Positions 39,888 through 53,449 of a DNA stretch of 64,000 nt are shown piece after piece. Numbering within the stretch: the stretch's first letter is position 1; each line of letters begins with the position of its first letter. Under the pieces are notes generated by a model. It had not been told where the DNA came from. It did not search any database and was given only the letters and a program-made list of their open reading frames with translations. The stretch covers positions 31,000,001 through 31,064,000 of the forward strand of contig OX597831.1 of assembly GCA_951406725.2 (NCBI GenBank), written 5' to 3'. The position numbers and the translations under genes are program-made. This DNA is from Octopus vulgaris. Lineage: Eukaryota.

Positions 39888-40194
39888 GGAGGCACATGGC
39901 TTAGTGGTTAGAGCAGCTGACTCGCGGTCGAGGGATCCCAGGTTCGAGTCTCAGACCGGGCGATGTGTGTGTTTATGAGCGAAACACCTAAGCTCCACGC
40001 AACTCCGGCAGAAGGCAATGGCGAACTTCTGCTGACTCTTTCACCACAACTTTCTCTCACTCTTTCCTCCTTCATCTTGCAGCTCACCTGCGACGGACCG
40101 GCGTCCCGTCCAGGTGGGGAACCTGTACGCCAAGGAAACCGGGAAACCGGCCCTTATGAGCCAGGCATGTCTCGAGAAGGAACAAACAACAAAA
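39888..40194 (+). mobile_element. SINE family C head with a V-domain-like tail and 9-bp TSD
   Basis: A/B boxes TGGCTTAGTGG and GGTTCGAGTC; CTGCGACGGACCGGCGTCCCGTCCAGG...GAAACCGGG; TSD CAAGGTATG at 39878-39886 and 40195-40203. Confidence 0.9.
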
Positions 40195-40808
40195 CAAGGT
40201 ATGGTCCTGAGGGAAATTTCGCTACTAGTCTTAGCAGGTTGAGCAACTTCGCACAGGTCCCCTATCGTAAGTTCAAAGTCACCGATGTTGTTTAACTCTG
40301 ATGTGGCATACATTTAATAATATACATTGTAGCCTTGATCATCCCATATTGTCACACTAGTTATTACATTGCTCGTTGTATCCTTTATACATGACACATG
40401 GGTATGACCTGATTTAGATTTGGTGTATATTTCTAGCAGCTTGTTTAGATCGCGACCCAAATTACATCATTCTTACATGAAGGAAACACATATTGCCGTC
40501 ATCTTACACAGGGGAAATACTGTAGGCTGCTAAATAGCGAGCAGTTCTAATCGTATCTGCTTTTGTCAATAAACAACACTCTATTTCTTTCTCTTCTTAA
40601 TTTTCTGTTTCATTCTTGCAGAGAGATGGTCGGTGTAAGAGACAGAATGAAATATTTGTTACATAGGTTTCGTTGTATTAAGGATGTGACTAGTGGAAAT
40701 GCGGTGTGGAGTTTGAGTAACTTTTATGCATAAGTTCCATCCATCCATCCCGTCCATACACATACTTACAGACAGACAGACAGACAGACAGACAGGTAGG
40801 TAGGTAGG

Positions 40809-40949
<141 letters not shown>

Positions 40950-41984
40950 TATTCTAATCTGTCTCGCTACTCCGAGTTTTACCAGGCGGTGTACATTCTT
41001 CAGGCATGGATGAAAATTTTCTCACAAAACATGAAAATGTCACAAATTAAAAGTCTTGAGTGGATCTTGGTTCCAAATGTTTGGTAGTGAGAAAAGAAAT
41101 GTTATGGATAAAATTGAATTAACACCCAAACTTTTTAAATGGAAAATACAAAAAAGTGGAAATTCAAAGGAAAAATCAAAATACTCATTATTATTATCAT
41201 TATTATACAATAAAATGTGCTGAAAGAGTAAATTTTAAAGTGTAAAAAAGAAAAAAAAAGTAAAGTATTTGACAAGTTTAAAAATTGCAAACAATGGACT
41301 TGGCAAGTCCTGGTGCAATAAACATTATTTTTAAAAAAGAAACTCCTGAAAATGTCTGAAGTGGTGTCAAAATATTTTCAAGAAAAACAAATTACCTCTT
41401 CATGGTGACAATAAATTTACATAAACTAGTATGTCTTCCATTGTTTTCAATTCCAGTAATCAGAATTGATTAGTGTTGATGATATGGCATCGAAATGTGA
41501 GCAGCAAAAATTTCAAATTTACTCGAGAAAACGTTCGAAAAGATTAAGATTTTGTAATGAAAAGTTTTCATAAATTAATCTTATGAAATTATTGGTCAGA
41601 ATTCTTTAAAAGCTTCCTTCTAATCAATAACATTACTTTTGAAGAATATTAAAAAAAAACGAGTCTCAAATTATTACTTGTCGGTGCATTTTGTATTTTT
41701 CCTCCAGATATCTTCAGGATCAAGAAAATCACTAATGACGAAAATTTAAAGAAAGACAAACCATCAGATTTCTTTTGTATTCTGCTGAAATCATTTTCAA
41801 AAATATATATATAAAAAAATATTCTGGCAACAGTATTGAAGCTTAACTAAGGGATAGGGATTGAAATATCACTCAGTTAGCTTTAATGTCCTTCCAATCT
41901 TCCACTATCGAATTCATGAAGAGAAACCCAGAAGTTTCCATTTGTTTTGGACTGTGTTCTCCTTTAAACAACCGGCTCAGTGGT

Positions 41985-42322
41985 CGTGTGGTACAAACTG
42001 GGTAAACAGTCGTATCAGACACATATGGACTCAGGATGTTGGGAAGCTTACTCCATTTAAATACGTTAACATCAAGTAAATAGACGTGAAAAATATGAGG
42101 ACTCAAATGAACTGACGCATACAATATTGACCCACAAACTTTAACTGAGCTACGTGTGGTACAAACTGGGTAGACAGTCGTATCAGACACGGATGGACTC
42201 AGGATGTTGAGAAGCTTACTCCATTTAAATACGTTAACATCAAGTAAATAGACGTGAAAAATATGAGGACTCAAATGGACTGGTGCATACAATATTGACC
42301 CACAAACTTTAACTGAGCTACG
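41985..42322. repeat. Two near-identical tandem 168-bp units
   Basis: CGTGTGGTACAAACTGGG...CTTTAACTGAGCTA starts at 41985 and at 42153. Confidence 0.95.
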
Positions 42323-42329
42323 AGGGATG

Positions 42330-42700
42330 TTGTTCTGGTTTTGTAAAGACAGGCAGCTAATTTAAGGTTTGGGTATAGTGATTCCATCTTCCGTCCATCT
42401 CTTACTTTATAGATCGTAACAAATGATTTTTGCGACATGGCTTTTATAATTAGCATCATCCATTGAGTTCCACTCTGTTGTGTGGACGCCCCCAGACGAT
42501 GAAGTAGACTAGCCCAATACGTAGATATAGAGGGAGAAGTCTAGACGTCAGGTGTAGTAGAGAGTGGAGTTGAGTAGAGGTCATCCGAACGTGCGACATA
42601 ACACACCCATTTATTCCACCAAGATCATCCAAAAGTTGCAGTTTTCGGTTAAAATAAATGCGCATTTTCATCAAATGTGCAAGATCCTCATACACACTAA
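42330..42700 (-). pseudogene. Possible PIF/Harbinger transposase remnant
   Basis: HVRMTSTQLHSLLHL (compare FRMS..F..LL) and ..DDANYK (compare DANYKF). Very decayed. Confidence 0.3.
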
Positions 42701-43308
42701 GACTACTGTTAGAGACAGATTGATAGATATTGTTGAAATCTCTGCAGTCTGGAATCGTATGTTACTAATAGATCGGATGAATTAAGGATCAAATGCTGTA
42801 GAAATTTCTTTTACTTTAAACTAATTCTGTAAAACCTCCCCCGAGTGCTGGATATGTATCTATAACCCTTCGATATAGAAATTAATTACTAATAATAGTA
42901 TTCATAAATTATATTTAGGTAACCTAGCGTACCTTGGTATTATTAATACATATAATTAATCATATTTTAGTTAACTTTGCCTACCCTTAGTCCAAACATC
43001 ATATAATGGAGGCTGTAATTTCCCCCCACTCCGCTTGACGAAAGATGTTGGCTAATTTACGTCCCCATAACGCAGCGGTTCAGCAAAAGATACGATGGAA
43101 TAAGTACTAGAATTTAAAAAAATGAAAAATGTTCTGAGTTCGATTTGTTTGACTAAACGTTTCAAATTGCTGCTCCAGCATGGCCGTAGTTTAATTGAAA
43201 ATAATCAAAATATAAAATAATATTTTAATTACAAGTAGTTAAGATATAAAAACTGTACCGGCTTGTGTGAGGGAAAAAAGAATAAGGTCACGTAATATAA
43301 ATATATAT

Positions 43309-43700
43309 AGGCGCAGGAGTGGCTGTGTGGTAAGTAGCTTGCCTACCAATCACATGGTTCCGGGTTCAGTCCCACTGCGCGGCACCCTGGGCAAGTGTCT
43401 TCTACTATAGCCTCGGGCCGACCAAAGCCTTGTGAGTGGATTTGGTAGACGGAAACTGAAAGAAGCCTGTCGTATATATGTATATATGTATATGTATGTG
43501 TGTGTTTGTGTGTCTGTGTTTGTCCCCGTAGCATTGCTTGACAATTGATGCTGGTGTGTTTATGTCCCCGTCACTTAGCGGTTCGGCAAAAGAGACTGAT
43601 AGAATAAGTCCCGGGGTCGAGTTGCTCGATTAAAGGCGGTGCTCCAGCATGGCCGCAGTCAAGTGACTGAAACAAGTAAAAGAGTAAAGAGTAAAAGAGA
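43309..43700 (+). mobile_element. SINE family B, full length
   Basis: GGCGCAGGAGTGGCTGTGTGGTAAG...GACTGAAACAAGTAAAAGAG. A decayed 3' half also lies at 43020-43200. Confidence 0.9.
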
Positions 43701-43775
43701 GATATTGGAAATTACATATTCGTTGGTTCAAAGTTAAATGTTGATTTTGTTGCTTTCCCAAATTTCTTATTCCAG

Positions 43776-43864
43776 GTGAATTCCGTTACTCAAATGTTAT
43801 TGAATTTGATTACTTAATAGATAAACGATTTGGCATACCACTAGGCCATGCTGACATTGATTAG
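43776..43864 (+). CDS. Candidate phase-1 terminal exon (EFRYSNVIEFDYLIDKRFGIPLGHADID*)
   Basis: Strong acceptor ttgttgctttcccaaatttcttattccag, protein-like composition, and unique sequence downstream. Confidence 0.25.
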
Positions 43865-44161
43865 TTCAATGGCCAAGTAGTCAGAGTTGTAACGGTGACA
43901 AAAAGAAGTAGCTGCCGTCGTTGCCGTCACTCGTGCTGCTAATGCTAATACGGTTACAATTGTCGTTTGAATAGGAAGTATCCAGTCGCTTGATGAAAAG
44001 ATTCTCCGAGAAGTATTTATTCTCGTGGACGCATTGACACACAATCTCTTGATTTGTTTTATCAAGCATATTGAAATAAGCTTCGCTGTTTAGTATAAAA
44101 GTTTGTTTCGCGACTGTATGGTGCCATGTTCTATCACTGTACCTGTACAGAAGCACATCGT

Positions 44162-44227
<66 letters not shown>

Positions 44228-44394
44228 ATATATCTCTGTACAGTAGTAGCAACGTTCTGAAATATTTTATGTTCTGAAAGCAAATTCTCTACAGTTAAAC
44301 GTGGTGGTGAAATACTTATGGTAAAATATGCAAAAAAAAACCCTTATCTGCTCAGTGTCCAAGCGGTCTGCGACCGTAAGTTTGTCAGTGATGT

Positions 44395-44580
44395 TGATTT
44401 GAAATTTTGGTACAAAGCTCGCAATTTCGGAGGAGGGGGTAAGTCGATTACATCGACCCCAACGTCTAACTGCTACTTAGAAAGGATGAAGGGCAAAGAC
44501 GATCTCGGCGGAATTTGAACTTAGAACGTAAAGAAAGACGTATTTTGCCCGGTGCTAACGATTCTACCAGCTCACCGCCA
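44395..44580 (-). mobile_element. SINE family A copy
   Basis: Reverse complement: GGCGGTGAGCTGGTAGAATCGTTAGCACCGGGC. Confidence 0.8.
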
Positions 44581-44671
44581 TCACTAATATTAATTAATGA
44601 GTCAGTCATTAATATTCTTTGTTCCAAGATAAAGTTGCGGGTTTATAATCGTTATAATCTCTTCCTTATTT

Positions 44672-44709
44672 CCTACTGATGAAGATTAAGGACTAGAAAC
44701 GCATCTAGG
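44672..44709 (+). ncRNA. Minimal type I hammerhead-like motif
   Basis: CCTA-CTGATGA-AGATTAAGGACTA-GAAAC-GC-ATC-TAGG, with a perfect stem I, canonical core and weak stem II. Confidence 0.55.
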
Positions 44710-44875
44710 TGTCCGCTAGGGGAAGACAAGAAAAGTAGTTTTCTTAACACCTGCTACCATAAGTGAGAATTTTTATTTTCTCCGCGGTAAACTGCAGTGA
44801 ATTTGCCTTTGTAAGTTAAGATATGTGACAAACATATTTCAACTAACTTAAGGTTCAGATATACGTATATATATA

Positions 44876-45117
44876 CAGGGTTAACCAAAAGTCACATGAG
44901 AGTAAGTCAAAAACATGAAACGCCAAGATTTAAAAAAAAACTTATTTTATATGAGACTTCGCTAATAAATAAACAAATGTTGGAAAAAGAACTAACTGTG
45001 ATTTTAACTCACAGCATTCAATTATTAAGCCTTCATAATTGGAATGAATAAATAAAATTGAATATTAAGTATTTATGGAATTTTGATTTACTATCGGGTG
45101 ACTTTTGGCGAACCCTG
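44876..45117. mobile_element. Tc1/mariner-type MITE
   Basis: TIRs CAGGGTTAACCAAAAGTCAC / GTGACTTTTGGCGAACCCTG, about 240 bp, preceded by TA. Confidence 0.8.
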
Positions 45118-45192
45118 TGTGTTTATATCTGTGTATGTATGTATATGTGTGTGTATACAGACAAATAGACAGACAGACAAACAGATAGACAC

Positions 45193-45291
<99 letters not shown>

Positions 45292-45499
45292 TCGCTGGCA
45301 AGAACAAATGTTCTAAACTGGATGGGGAAGATTCGAAGAGATGACACAGGCTCGTGTTTCTTCAAGTTTTACGAATGTAAATTTATACATCTACTTTGCC
45401 AGGCGCAAGGGATCATAAGGATGAAGTGAAAAAAGAGAAAATCATGTATATGAAATATACAACCTCCTTTTACACTTAAGCTCATATAATTTCTCGTGA

Positions 45500-46060
45500 T
45501 ACAATCTGATGCTATAAAGGGACTCTGTAGACTTCAGTGGTTGAGGAGCAAGATCCATCTGACTGACATTTGGTGGAAGTTATAGGCTGGAGTTCTGTGT
45601 ATGTGCGTGTTTTTCTCTAGTCGCTTGCTATGTTAGAAGTGATGTTATCTACAGGCGTGCCAAACTGTAATGTTATAAAGCAGTTTGTGGATTTTCACGT
45701 CTTTGGGAAGTGCTATCTTATTAGCAACAAGAATCTTCTTGCTATATTTGCAGACTTCGTATTATATTTATCATTCTAACTCACGTCGGAGTTTGATGTG
45801 GAAGTGGTATCACTTTGTAATAGATTGCGGTACTTTTGAATATACCTCCATCTGATTATAAACATCAAGTAATAGCTATGGGATGGTTAGACTATCTATA
45901 CACGTACGCTGTTTTTCCTTTTGGGAGCTTACTATATGAGTAGTGTTTGCCTATCTTCAGGCCTAAGAGTATGCCTAAGAAGTCGAATTTAGATAGAGAT
46001 GGCAGTTATGCTGAAATCTTTGAAACGATCAAAGTTTTCCTGAACAGATAAATAACATGG
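45500..46060 (-). pseudogene. Penelope-like RT C-terminal remnant
   Basis: DFLGILL...YVYR*SNHP and FGTPVDNITSNIA, compared with the PLE motifs NFLD/SNHP/WFNPP. Confidence 0.55.
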
Positions 46061-46444
46061 CTGCTCATATTATCTATCATTAGCGCACGGCCAAACTGAG
46101 GGTGTAAAGTCAACAGGTGAGATCCAGGGATGTTCAGTATAGAACATGCGTAGTCCTCGGTCAAGACTTTGGATTGCAAGTTTAAATCATTTGAGCATTG
46201 CTACATGGGTTCTATACTGAGCATCTTTACTTAATATCCAGTGATATATATATGTGTGTGTGTGTGTTTATAGAAAAAGAGGGAGAGAGATAAATAGATA
46301 AATATATACATACATACACACATATATATATACATATATGTATATATACATATATGTATACATACATGTGTATACATGCCTATACATATATATATGTATA
46401 TATATATATATATATATCTTCTGTAATCATAACTAACACAGAAG

Positions 46445-46505
46445 GTGATGATGATGATGATGATGATAGTGGTGGTGGTGGTGGTGGTGGTGGTGGTGGT
46501 GGTGG

Positions 46506-46566
<61 letters not shown>

Positions 46567-46632
46567 GAAGAAGAAGAAGAAGAAGAAGAAGAAGAAGAAG
46601 AAGAAGAAGAAGAAGAAGAAGAAGAAGAAGAA
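46445..46632. repeat. Compound trinucleotide array (GAT)n(GGT)n(GAT)n(GAA)n
   Basis: Directly visible. Confidence 0.95.
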
Positions 46633-46926
46633 ACAATCATGATCACAAACATGCTTTTGATGATGGTGTTGGTGTTGGTGTTGGTGGTTACAGTGGTGGT
46701 GATAAATAATTCTGTCTTATACAGTTTAGTTGGTTATGTTCAACTCAAGTCGAAGACAAATGCTTTTCATGTCTTTGCAAATGAAAACAAATAAATCAAT
46801 ATATTTTTCATTCTAAAAAACCACCGAAACCAAAGACAATCTCTTTCTTCTTTCTATAATTTTTTTTTCATATTGTTCCCATTCTTCTTTTCCATCTCAG
46901 CCTCTTCCATCTCCTGTTCCCTCCTT

Positions 46927-47020
46927 GTTCTCCTCCTTCCCGTCGCCGTTCTCCTCCTTCCCGTCGCCGTTCTCCTCCTTCCCGTCGCCGTTCTCCTCCT
47001 TCCCGTCGCCGTTCTCCTCC
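46927..47020. repeat. 21-bp minisatellite GTTCTCCTCCTTCCCGTCGCC x4.5
   Basis: Four identical units plus a partial unit. Confidence 0.95.
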
Positions 47021-47714
47021 CCTTCTACTCTCCTCCCTCTCGCCTTCTCCTTCTTCCGCCACTCTTACGCCTTTCTCTTTCTCTCCTACTCTTCCTCTTT
47101 TATTTCCACGATACAATATTTCTCAATTGCTGCTTTGATATTTTCTCCAATAACATTTCATTTTACAATCACGATATTATGCTTCAGTCCTTATATTTCG
47201 TTACAAAAATTAATCCGTACCGGTGTGGCGTCTTTGATAATGTTTTATCGATTGAGTGTAGAGTATAAAAAGAAAGAGAAGAAAGAAGGAATAGGATAGA
47301 ATAGACATGTCAATATCTCATGGCAAATTGCTATCGGATAAGATCAACACTTAGACATCGTCGAACAAGAAGCTAAATAAGAAAAGTTAGTGGAGCCTTA
47401 CATGCTGCTGTGGGGTTAGCCTTTCTCAGAGGGATACAATTGTCGTATATTCAAAAATGTAATAATGAACACAACCAAACTGACAGTTGCTTGTATGATA
47501 TTAGTTATCGAGAACTAATGAGCTAGAGAACGGCTTGTTGACAGTGGACTCATAGTTGGGTTAACGGTAGTACGGGACTGAAAATAATGGTTATATTAGC
47601 AGTAGAATGATAATGGAGGTAATAGTGGCATTAGACAAACAATAAGAGAAATAGTGGAAGCATACTGCTAATAGTTGTAATAGTAGCTGTAAACAGTTAA
47701 TACGGTTAATAACA

Positions 47715-48185
47715 GCGTCCGACTTTACGTTCTGAGTTCAAATTCCACCGAGGGCGACATTTCCTTTCATCCTTTCGGGGTGGATAACTTAAGTAGCACT
47801 TGGTTATAGGGGTCGATGTAATCGACTTAACCCCTCGCCTGAAATTGCTCGCCTTGTGCCAAAATTTGAAACCAATATTAATAGTAGTAAACAAAGCGGC
47901 ATGCTGGCCAAATGGTTAGCACGTTGGGCAAAATGCTTAACGGCATTTCGTCCGTCTTTATGTTTTGAGTTCAAATTCCGCCGAGATTGATTTTGCTCTT
48001 CATCCTTTCGGGGTCGATAAAATAAGAATCATCTGAACGCTGGGGCCGATATAATAGACTTATCCCCTTCCCTAACTTGCTGGCTTTGTACCAAAATCAA
48101 CAGTAGTGGCAGGGCGGAGAGCTGGCAGAATCGTTAGTACGACGGGGGCAAAATGCTCGCCTTGTGCTAAAATGTGAAATCAATA
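47715..48185 (+). mobile_element. Cluster of three SINE family A copies
   Basis: Repeated GAGTTCAAATTCC...TTCATCCTTTCGGGG motifs. Confidence 0.8.
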
Positions 48186-48239
48186 TTCCCATATCATATA
48201 ATCAATATTCTAATAACACATTATTAGGCTGTTTATTAG

Positions 48240-48450
48240 CCTAATGTGTTAGTAGACTGAAAATTTGTATTAGATTGTTAATGTGTTATTGAAGAGTATT
48301 GATAATGTATTTAAGACTGATAATATGCTATTAAAAGTGAAATGATAATGTGTTATTAGAAGTGAACTGATAATGTATAATTAGAAGTGAACTGTGTATT
48401 AGACGGTAATGTGTTATTAGATTTGAACTGATATTAATGTCATTTGAAGT
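48240..48450. repeat. Degenerate ~20-25-bp tandem repeat
   Basis: Recurrent TGATAATGTGTTATTAGAAGTGAAC-like units. Confidence 0.6.
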
Positions 48451-48616
48451 ATCGGCTTCTTATCTGCAGCATTAAGAAAATCATAACACTAATGATAATG
48501 AACAGATGATGGTCGATTTATAGCAAACTGATAATATTTTTAGTGGTTGCTGAACGAGAGGGTCAGTGACGAAGCCAAATTAGGCAGCAAGACATCAACG
48601 GCCCCCAAAATAATAA

Positions 48617-49777
48617 CACTGATTAACATATTATCTGGCACATGGTTTATCAAGGGTTTTTAACTAATTCGGGGGTGCTCAATCCAAATCTGGCACCAGA
48701 TTTTGTCTATCACGTCAGATTTTTGAGTTATAAAATATTTTAGTTTTGCTAGAAACAGCAATTTAATGCTCACAAAGGAAGGATATCGCATATGTGATAT
48801 AAAAATTTAAGGTTATTCATTCTGAGCATCATATTACTGCGAGAACTTTCCCTGTTTTGACGATCTCTTGTGCACAGATTCTGGAATGTCTCTCATCAAG
48901 CTCCAGCAGTAATCCGCCAACATGTTTCAGTTCCATCGGCTTTGGTAGCGTTCTTCAATTACTTTTACATCTTGATAAAAGTGTTCACCTTGTTCTTTGC
49001 TGACATCAATCAGGTTCACTGGAAACTCACCCACGTGACTATGTAAGTAGTGCAATTTAATACTCATTCTACATACAAGTGCTTACAAACTCAAGAGCAG
49101 TCTCTTCACAATTTCTTGATAGTTTTCACCTTTCCTGTTCCCAAGGAAATTCCGCACCATATCACAGAAGGCATTCTGAGCTCTAGCCTCAGCTGCCTCA
49201 TTGTTGTAACAAAATGTGGATCCCTGAGGTTCATCAAATATGCCTGCTTTCTTCTCGGCACTGAAACTTGGAATGGTTGCACATATATATCTGAAGCAGG
49301 CTCCACTGTGATCAAAAGCTTTAATGAATTGCTTAATCACACCAAGTTTCAACACAGGTTTTGCAAACTTTGTGGGGAGTCCAGGTTTTATCCTGGTCTC
49401 CAAGTGCCATTTTAAAGTAAGCAAAATACACCTTCTTGACGAAGTTATTAACGTTGCGCCTTTGAGCCTGTAGAGTGAAGTTTCCACTGATGTAGCAGAA
49501 GATATCGGAGTCATTACAGCACGTCTTTCCCAGTGGTTCTGTACACACCTGAAAAGAAGAGAAAGGATTTTAAAGCAAATCTCACCTTGAACATAGTGGT
49601 GTAAAGTTAACTTTCGGTGTGATCCAGGTAAATAAATGTATGTATGTATCGATGGCACAAAAATGTGACGTGATAGAGCGAATTTGAGGTCAGTTTTGGA
49701 ATCGACACCCCAAAATTAGTCCAAAACATCTCTAAGATTTTATGCCAGAGAATAAAAGTTTATTTTGTTGACCAGTG
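48617..49777 (-). mobile_element. Internally deleted Chapaev3-like DNA transposon
   Basis: TIRs CACTGATTAACA / TGTTGACCAGTG with a TAA 3-bp TSD. Transposase pieces: CCNDSDIFCYISG...LGDQDKTWTPHKVCKTC, LKLGVIKQFIKA, NFLGNRK, LHYLHSH and MLADYCWSL. Confidence 0.8.
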
Positions 49778-49784
49778 TAATAAT

Positions 49785-50160
49785 TCTTTTGGCACAAAGC
49801 CAGCAATTTTGAGGGGCGGGTAATGCCGATCACATTGACTCCTGTTCTTTTCTTGAATGGTACTTTCTTTTATCATTGACTCCGAAAACATGAGAGGCAG
49901 TTGCCCTCTGCGGGATTTGAACTCAGAGCGTAAAGAACCGGAAGAAATGTAGCAAAGCATTTTGTCAGATGCGCTTAAATTTTGTCAGCAGAACGCCTTA
50001 TATTATAATAATTCTTTCTCATTTTGGAACAAGGCTAGCCATATTGAGTGGAGCAGGCTAATCATTCTCAGTACTCGACTGGTACTTTATTTTATCAACA
50101 CTAAAATGGAGCCTCGGAGGAATTTGAACTCTGATCTTAAAGAGCTGGAAGAAATGTCTG
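49785..50160 (-). mobile_element. Two decayed SINE family A copies
   Basis: GGATTTGAACTCAGAGCGTAAAG and GGAATTTGAACTCTGA. Confidence 0.6.
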
Positions 50161-50199
50161 CTCGTGTCTAGTCTCACGCCTAGCTGAACTTGGTGTGGA

Positions 50200-51560
50200 T
50201 TTTCTACTAGAAAATGTATAAAGTCCCAGATACAACTTGTTTGCTTGTTATGCCTAACACCACTGACTCGGTTATGTTATTTACTGAATCCATATTGTTG
50301 AATTTTTTCCAGAAGTTTTTAACAGCTGGTTTATCCACGCAATCACTTGCTTCAATGAGTTGCTTGAAACTTCTAACATAATATACTTTCATGTTAGCTA
50401 TCATATCTTGCTCCTTTCCATTAAATGCAGCAAAGATGTGTGCTTATCAGAAATTATCAATTTTATTGGGTGGTTTAAACAGTCTTACGGGAGCTCTGCA
50501 TTGAGAGAATTATTACGCTTGGTTCTGTACATTGCTTTCATCAGGGCAAAACTTTTTGTAAACCAAATTTGAAAAAGGCTCGTTGTCAACCAAGCTTATT
50601 TTTGAACGAAAATTCATTGTTAGAAAAACTTAGCATAATCCTTGAAATTCTTTGGAGTTTTGGAGTGATACAATTGTTGGGGCTAATTTTTCTCACTAGA
50701 AATTAAAGTCCTTGGTAGACATGAACCCCTAGAAAAACCAAGTTTGATAAACGTTATGTGCTTGCTCTGGTGTATGACCGCCTTCAGTAATAGTTTTCTT
50801 CGTCTGTCCAGAATAATTATTTATGGCAAGGTTAGCACTGGTAACTTCACCGGGTTTTTCAATGATTTACAAACTAAGATACCTCTTAAACCTTTCAAAT
50901 AAGCCTCAACTAGTAAGAAAGGACTATGTATCGAAATTTTCACAGTCCGCAGTCTGCAAATCGTAATGAAAATGTTTGGCTTTTGCTTGATTAACCATTG
51001 TGTTGACTGGAAATTCCCTTTTGGTCTAACCATCGATTCAAAGAATCAGGAGACATTCTGTTTTAACCATCCCTTTAGATTTATGAGTAAACAATACCCG
51101 GGAAATTAACAGAATAACTGCTTGACCTTATTTTCGTTTCATTGTCAGGTATTATTTTCATTGTTGCCAGTTAAGTTTTTGCAATATGGTTGAGTTTTTC
51201 TTCTGCATAAAGCATCAAGGTGGAGAGGACAGAACGTCTAGGCAGTGGCCAGGCTTGAAAAGAACAAGTTTCGAAATGTTAGTTTTTCAAAATTTATTAA
51301 TAATTTATTCATCCTTCCATATGGGAGTCATAGACCGTATTCCTAGATTAGTTGTTATACTTCATAATTTCTGTAACTTGATAATTCCCTAACAAGAGGT
51401 TCTGTAGCTCGGGGAATGCTTATATTATTATTGATAATTCCTGCTTTGAAGAGAAATATGTTTATTGTACATATTGATGCTCTGTTTTTTTTATTTATAG
51501 CTTGAAAATATTTGGGATATCTTTCTTCAAGAGAGTTTTGTTTATTAGAAGACTTGTGAA
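50200..51560 (-). pseudogene. Decayed pogo/Tigger-type transposase
   Basis: AWLTTSLFQIWF, HTSLLHLME (compare NTTSLIQPMD) and MIANMKVYYVRSF...VKNFWKKFN. Confidence 0.6.
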
Positions 51561-53112
51561 TATTTGGACATTTTTGACATGACGAATACTTACTTAATTG
51601 GTTCTATCAGAGTTGTCTGACAATGCTAAAACCAATAGAAATTGAAGCAGAGCAACATAACGAAAGTTATGACAAAATTTGATTTGTGCAGTGTGTGTAT
51701 ATATATATATGTCTGAAAACTTTAAAACTAAATTATTATTTCATAGAGAATCAGTATGCCAAGAAATTTATTTTTTATTTAGAACTACTGTCAGTATTCT
51801 TAATGAGAGAATTTTGACTTTAAAAGAATGAATAATAACTCTACAAAATTGATAAAAGTTTGGATGACATCTAAATAAGAACCTGTTATATGTTTACTAG
51901 CAGATGTCTACGTAAATAATTTTCTTTGCTAGATAGGATAGCCAAACCGGGTAGTAGCATGCAGGTTAGATCGATATGATTTTTTTCTTCATTTAATATT
52001 CTTATCAACGATGATTTCTAGAAATTTAAAAATAATCAACATATTATATTCTGTTACCGTCAAATTCAAGCTGCGATTTTGAGTTCGGGGAATATGTGTC
52101 TTTCGTGATAATGAAGAGGCCGTTATAGTAATGATATAACAAAGCGATTGAGAAGATATAATATGACAGTGATGTATTATTTATAGAATTATATTTAAGG
52201 AAGAATTAGTGAGTAAGTGAAGGGAAGCTTCTATTTTCAAGTGCTTTATTGTCTACAGTAGTGATTTCAAAATGCGAGTTACTGCCTTCTTCATGGATGT
52301 TGGGTAAGTCTATGAAGGAAAAAATTCCTAACAAGAGGGTTGGATTTATTGTTACAATTTTTTTATTTCTTCATATTATTATCTCCTTTAATGTAATGTG
52401 GTCTATTCTTCTGAGCAATGCTATCTGCGATAGATATGAGATATAGAACAAGGCACTGGTGGAGCAAAAACGTTTGAGAATCACCGACCGAGGAAGACTT
52501 CAGATTCTCCCAGATAGGAAAGGTTAATTTATGGCCATTAAGTTCACATCGAACATTTACACATTTAAATCCATGAGAAAACACAGGAAAGGAAGGAGTT
52601 TCAGAGGTTGGCAGTTCTTGCGATAAAAATATGTAAAAAATGTTTCGTTCAAAAGAGAGAATCAAAAACTGAAAGACTTGAATGATCTGTCTTTCTGATA
52701 AAATCTGTTTGTGCATGTACAGTTGCTACATTCCAATTATGAGCGCAACAGTGTGGCAATATAGGGCGAAGAACGCAAAAATTGAGAAAATTGTGCCTTG
52801 TATAGAAGTAAACATTCAGCTATTGTATGTTTTCTGAAATTATAGAACAAGCATACTATTTAAGATGCAATCTTGGTTGTATTATTGAGTGCCTGACTAA
52901 CATCTTATATCTTCATCGGAGCGTCGAATATGAAGTGAAATATATTTGGAAAAGCAATTGCATTTATGCATATATATATATATATATATATATAGGAAAA
53001 AGCATTGCCAATGAGGAAACCACTGTAACTTATCGCAGAAACTGCTGGAAGCTAATGCAGTTCAGAAGATAATCGTTTATTACTATGTCATCTCATATAT
53101 TATATATATATA

Positions 53113-53160
<48 letters not shown>

Positions 53161-53449
53161 CGTTGTTTTGTAAGATTCTTGACGGGAAATCTTGTGTTGA
53201 AACAGATATTGTTGTGCTAACCACAAGCACTATGTACTTGGTCTTCACTTAAGCTTTATTATTCTTAGTCTTATTTTAGTGTCCTTTGTCTGAAATCTTT
53301 CGTCACTGTAACTTCAATACTCCCCATTCCACGTGTCTCGGACAGAACAGATTAAACAGAAAAAGAGGAGACATGAAATATATATATGTATACACACACA
53401 CACGCACACACATACACTCGCACACACATGCACACGTGACAAGCAATCA

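Noticed and set aside
40622-40634. Possible 13-nt microexon after a strong acceptor
   Set aside because: Several competing donors and no frame support.
46354-46794. Acidic poly-D/G/E ORF
   Set aside because: A compound trinucleotide array that is open in several frames on both strands.
46927-47020. CRISPR-like regular repeats
   Set aside because: No spacers and no cas genes; this is a eukaryotic minisatellite.
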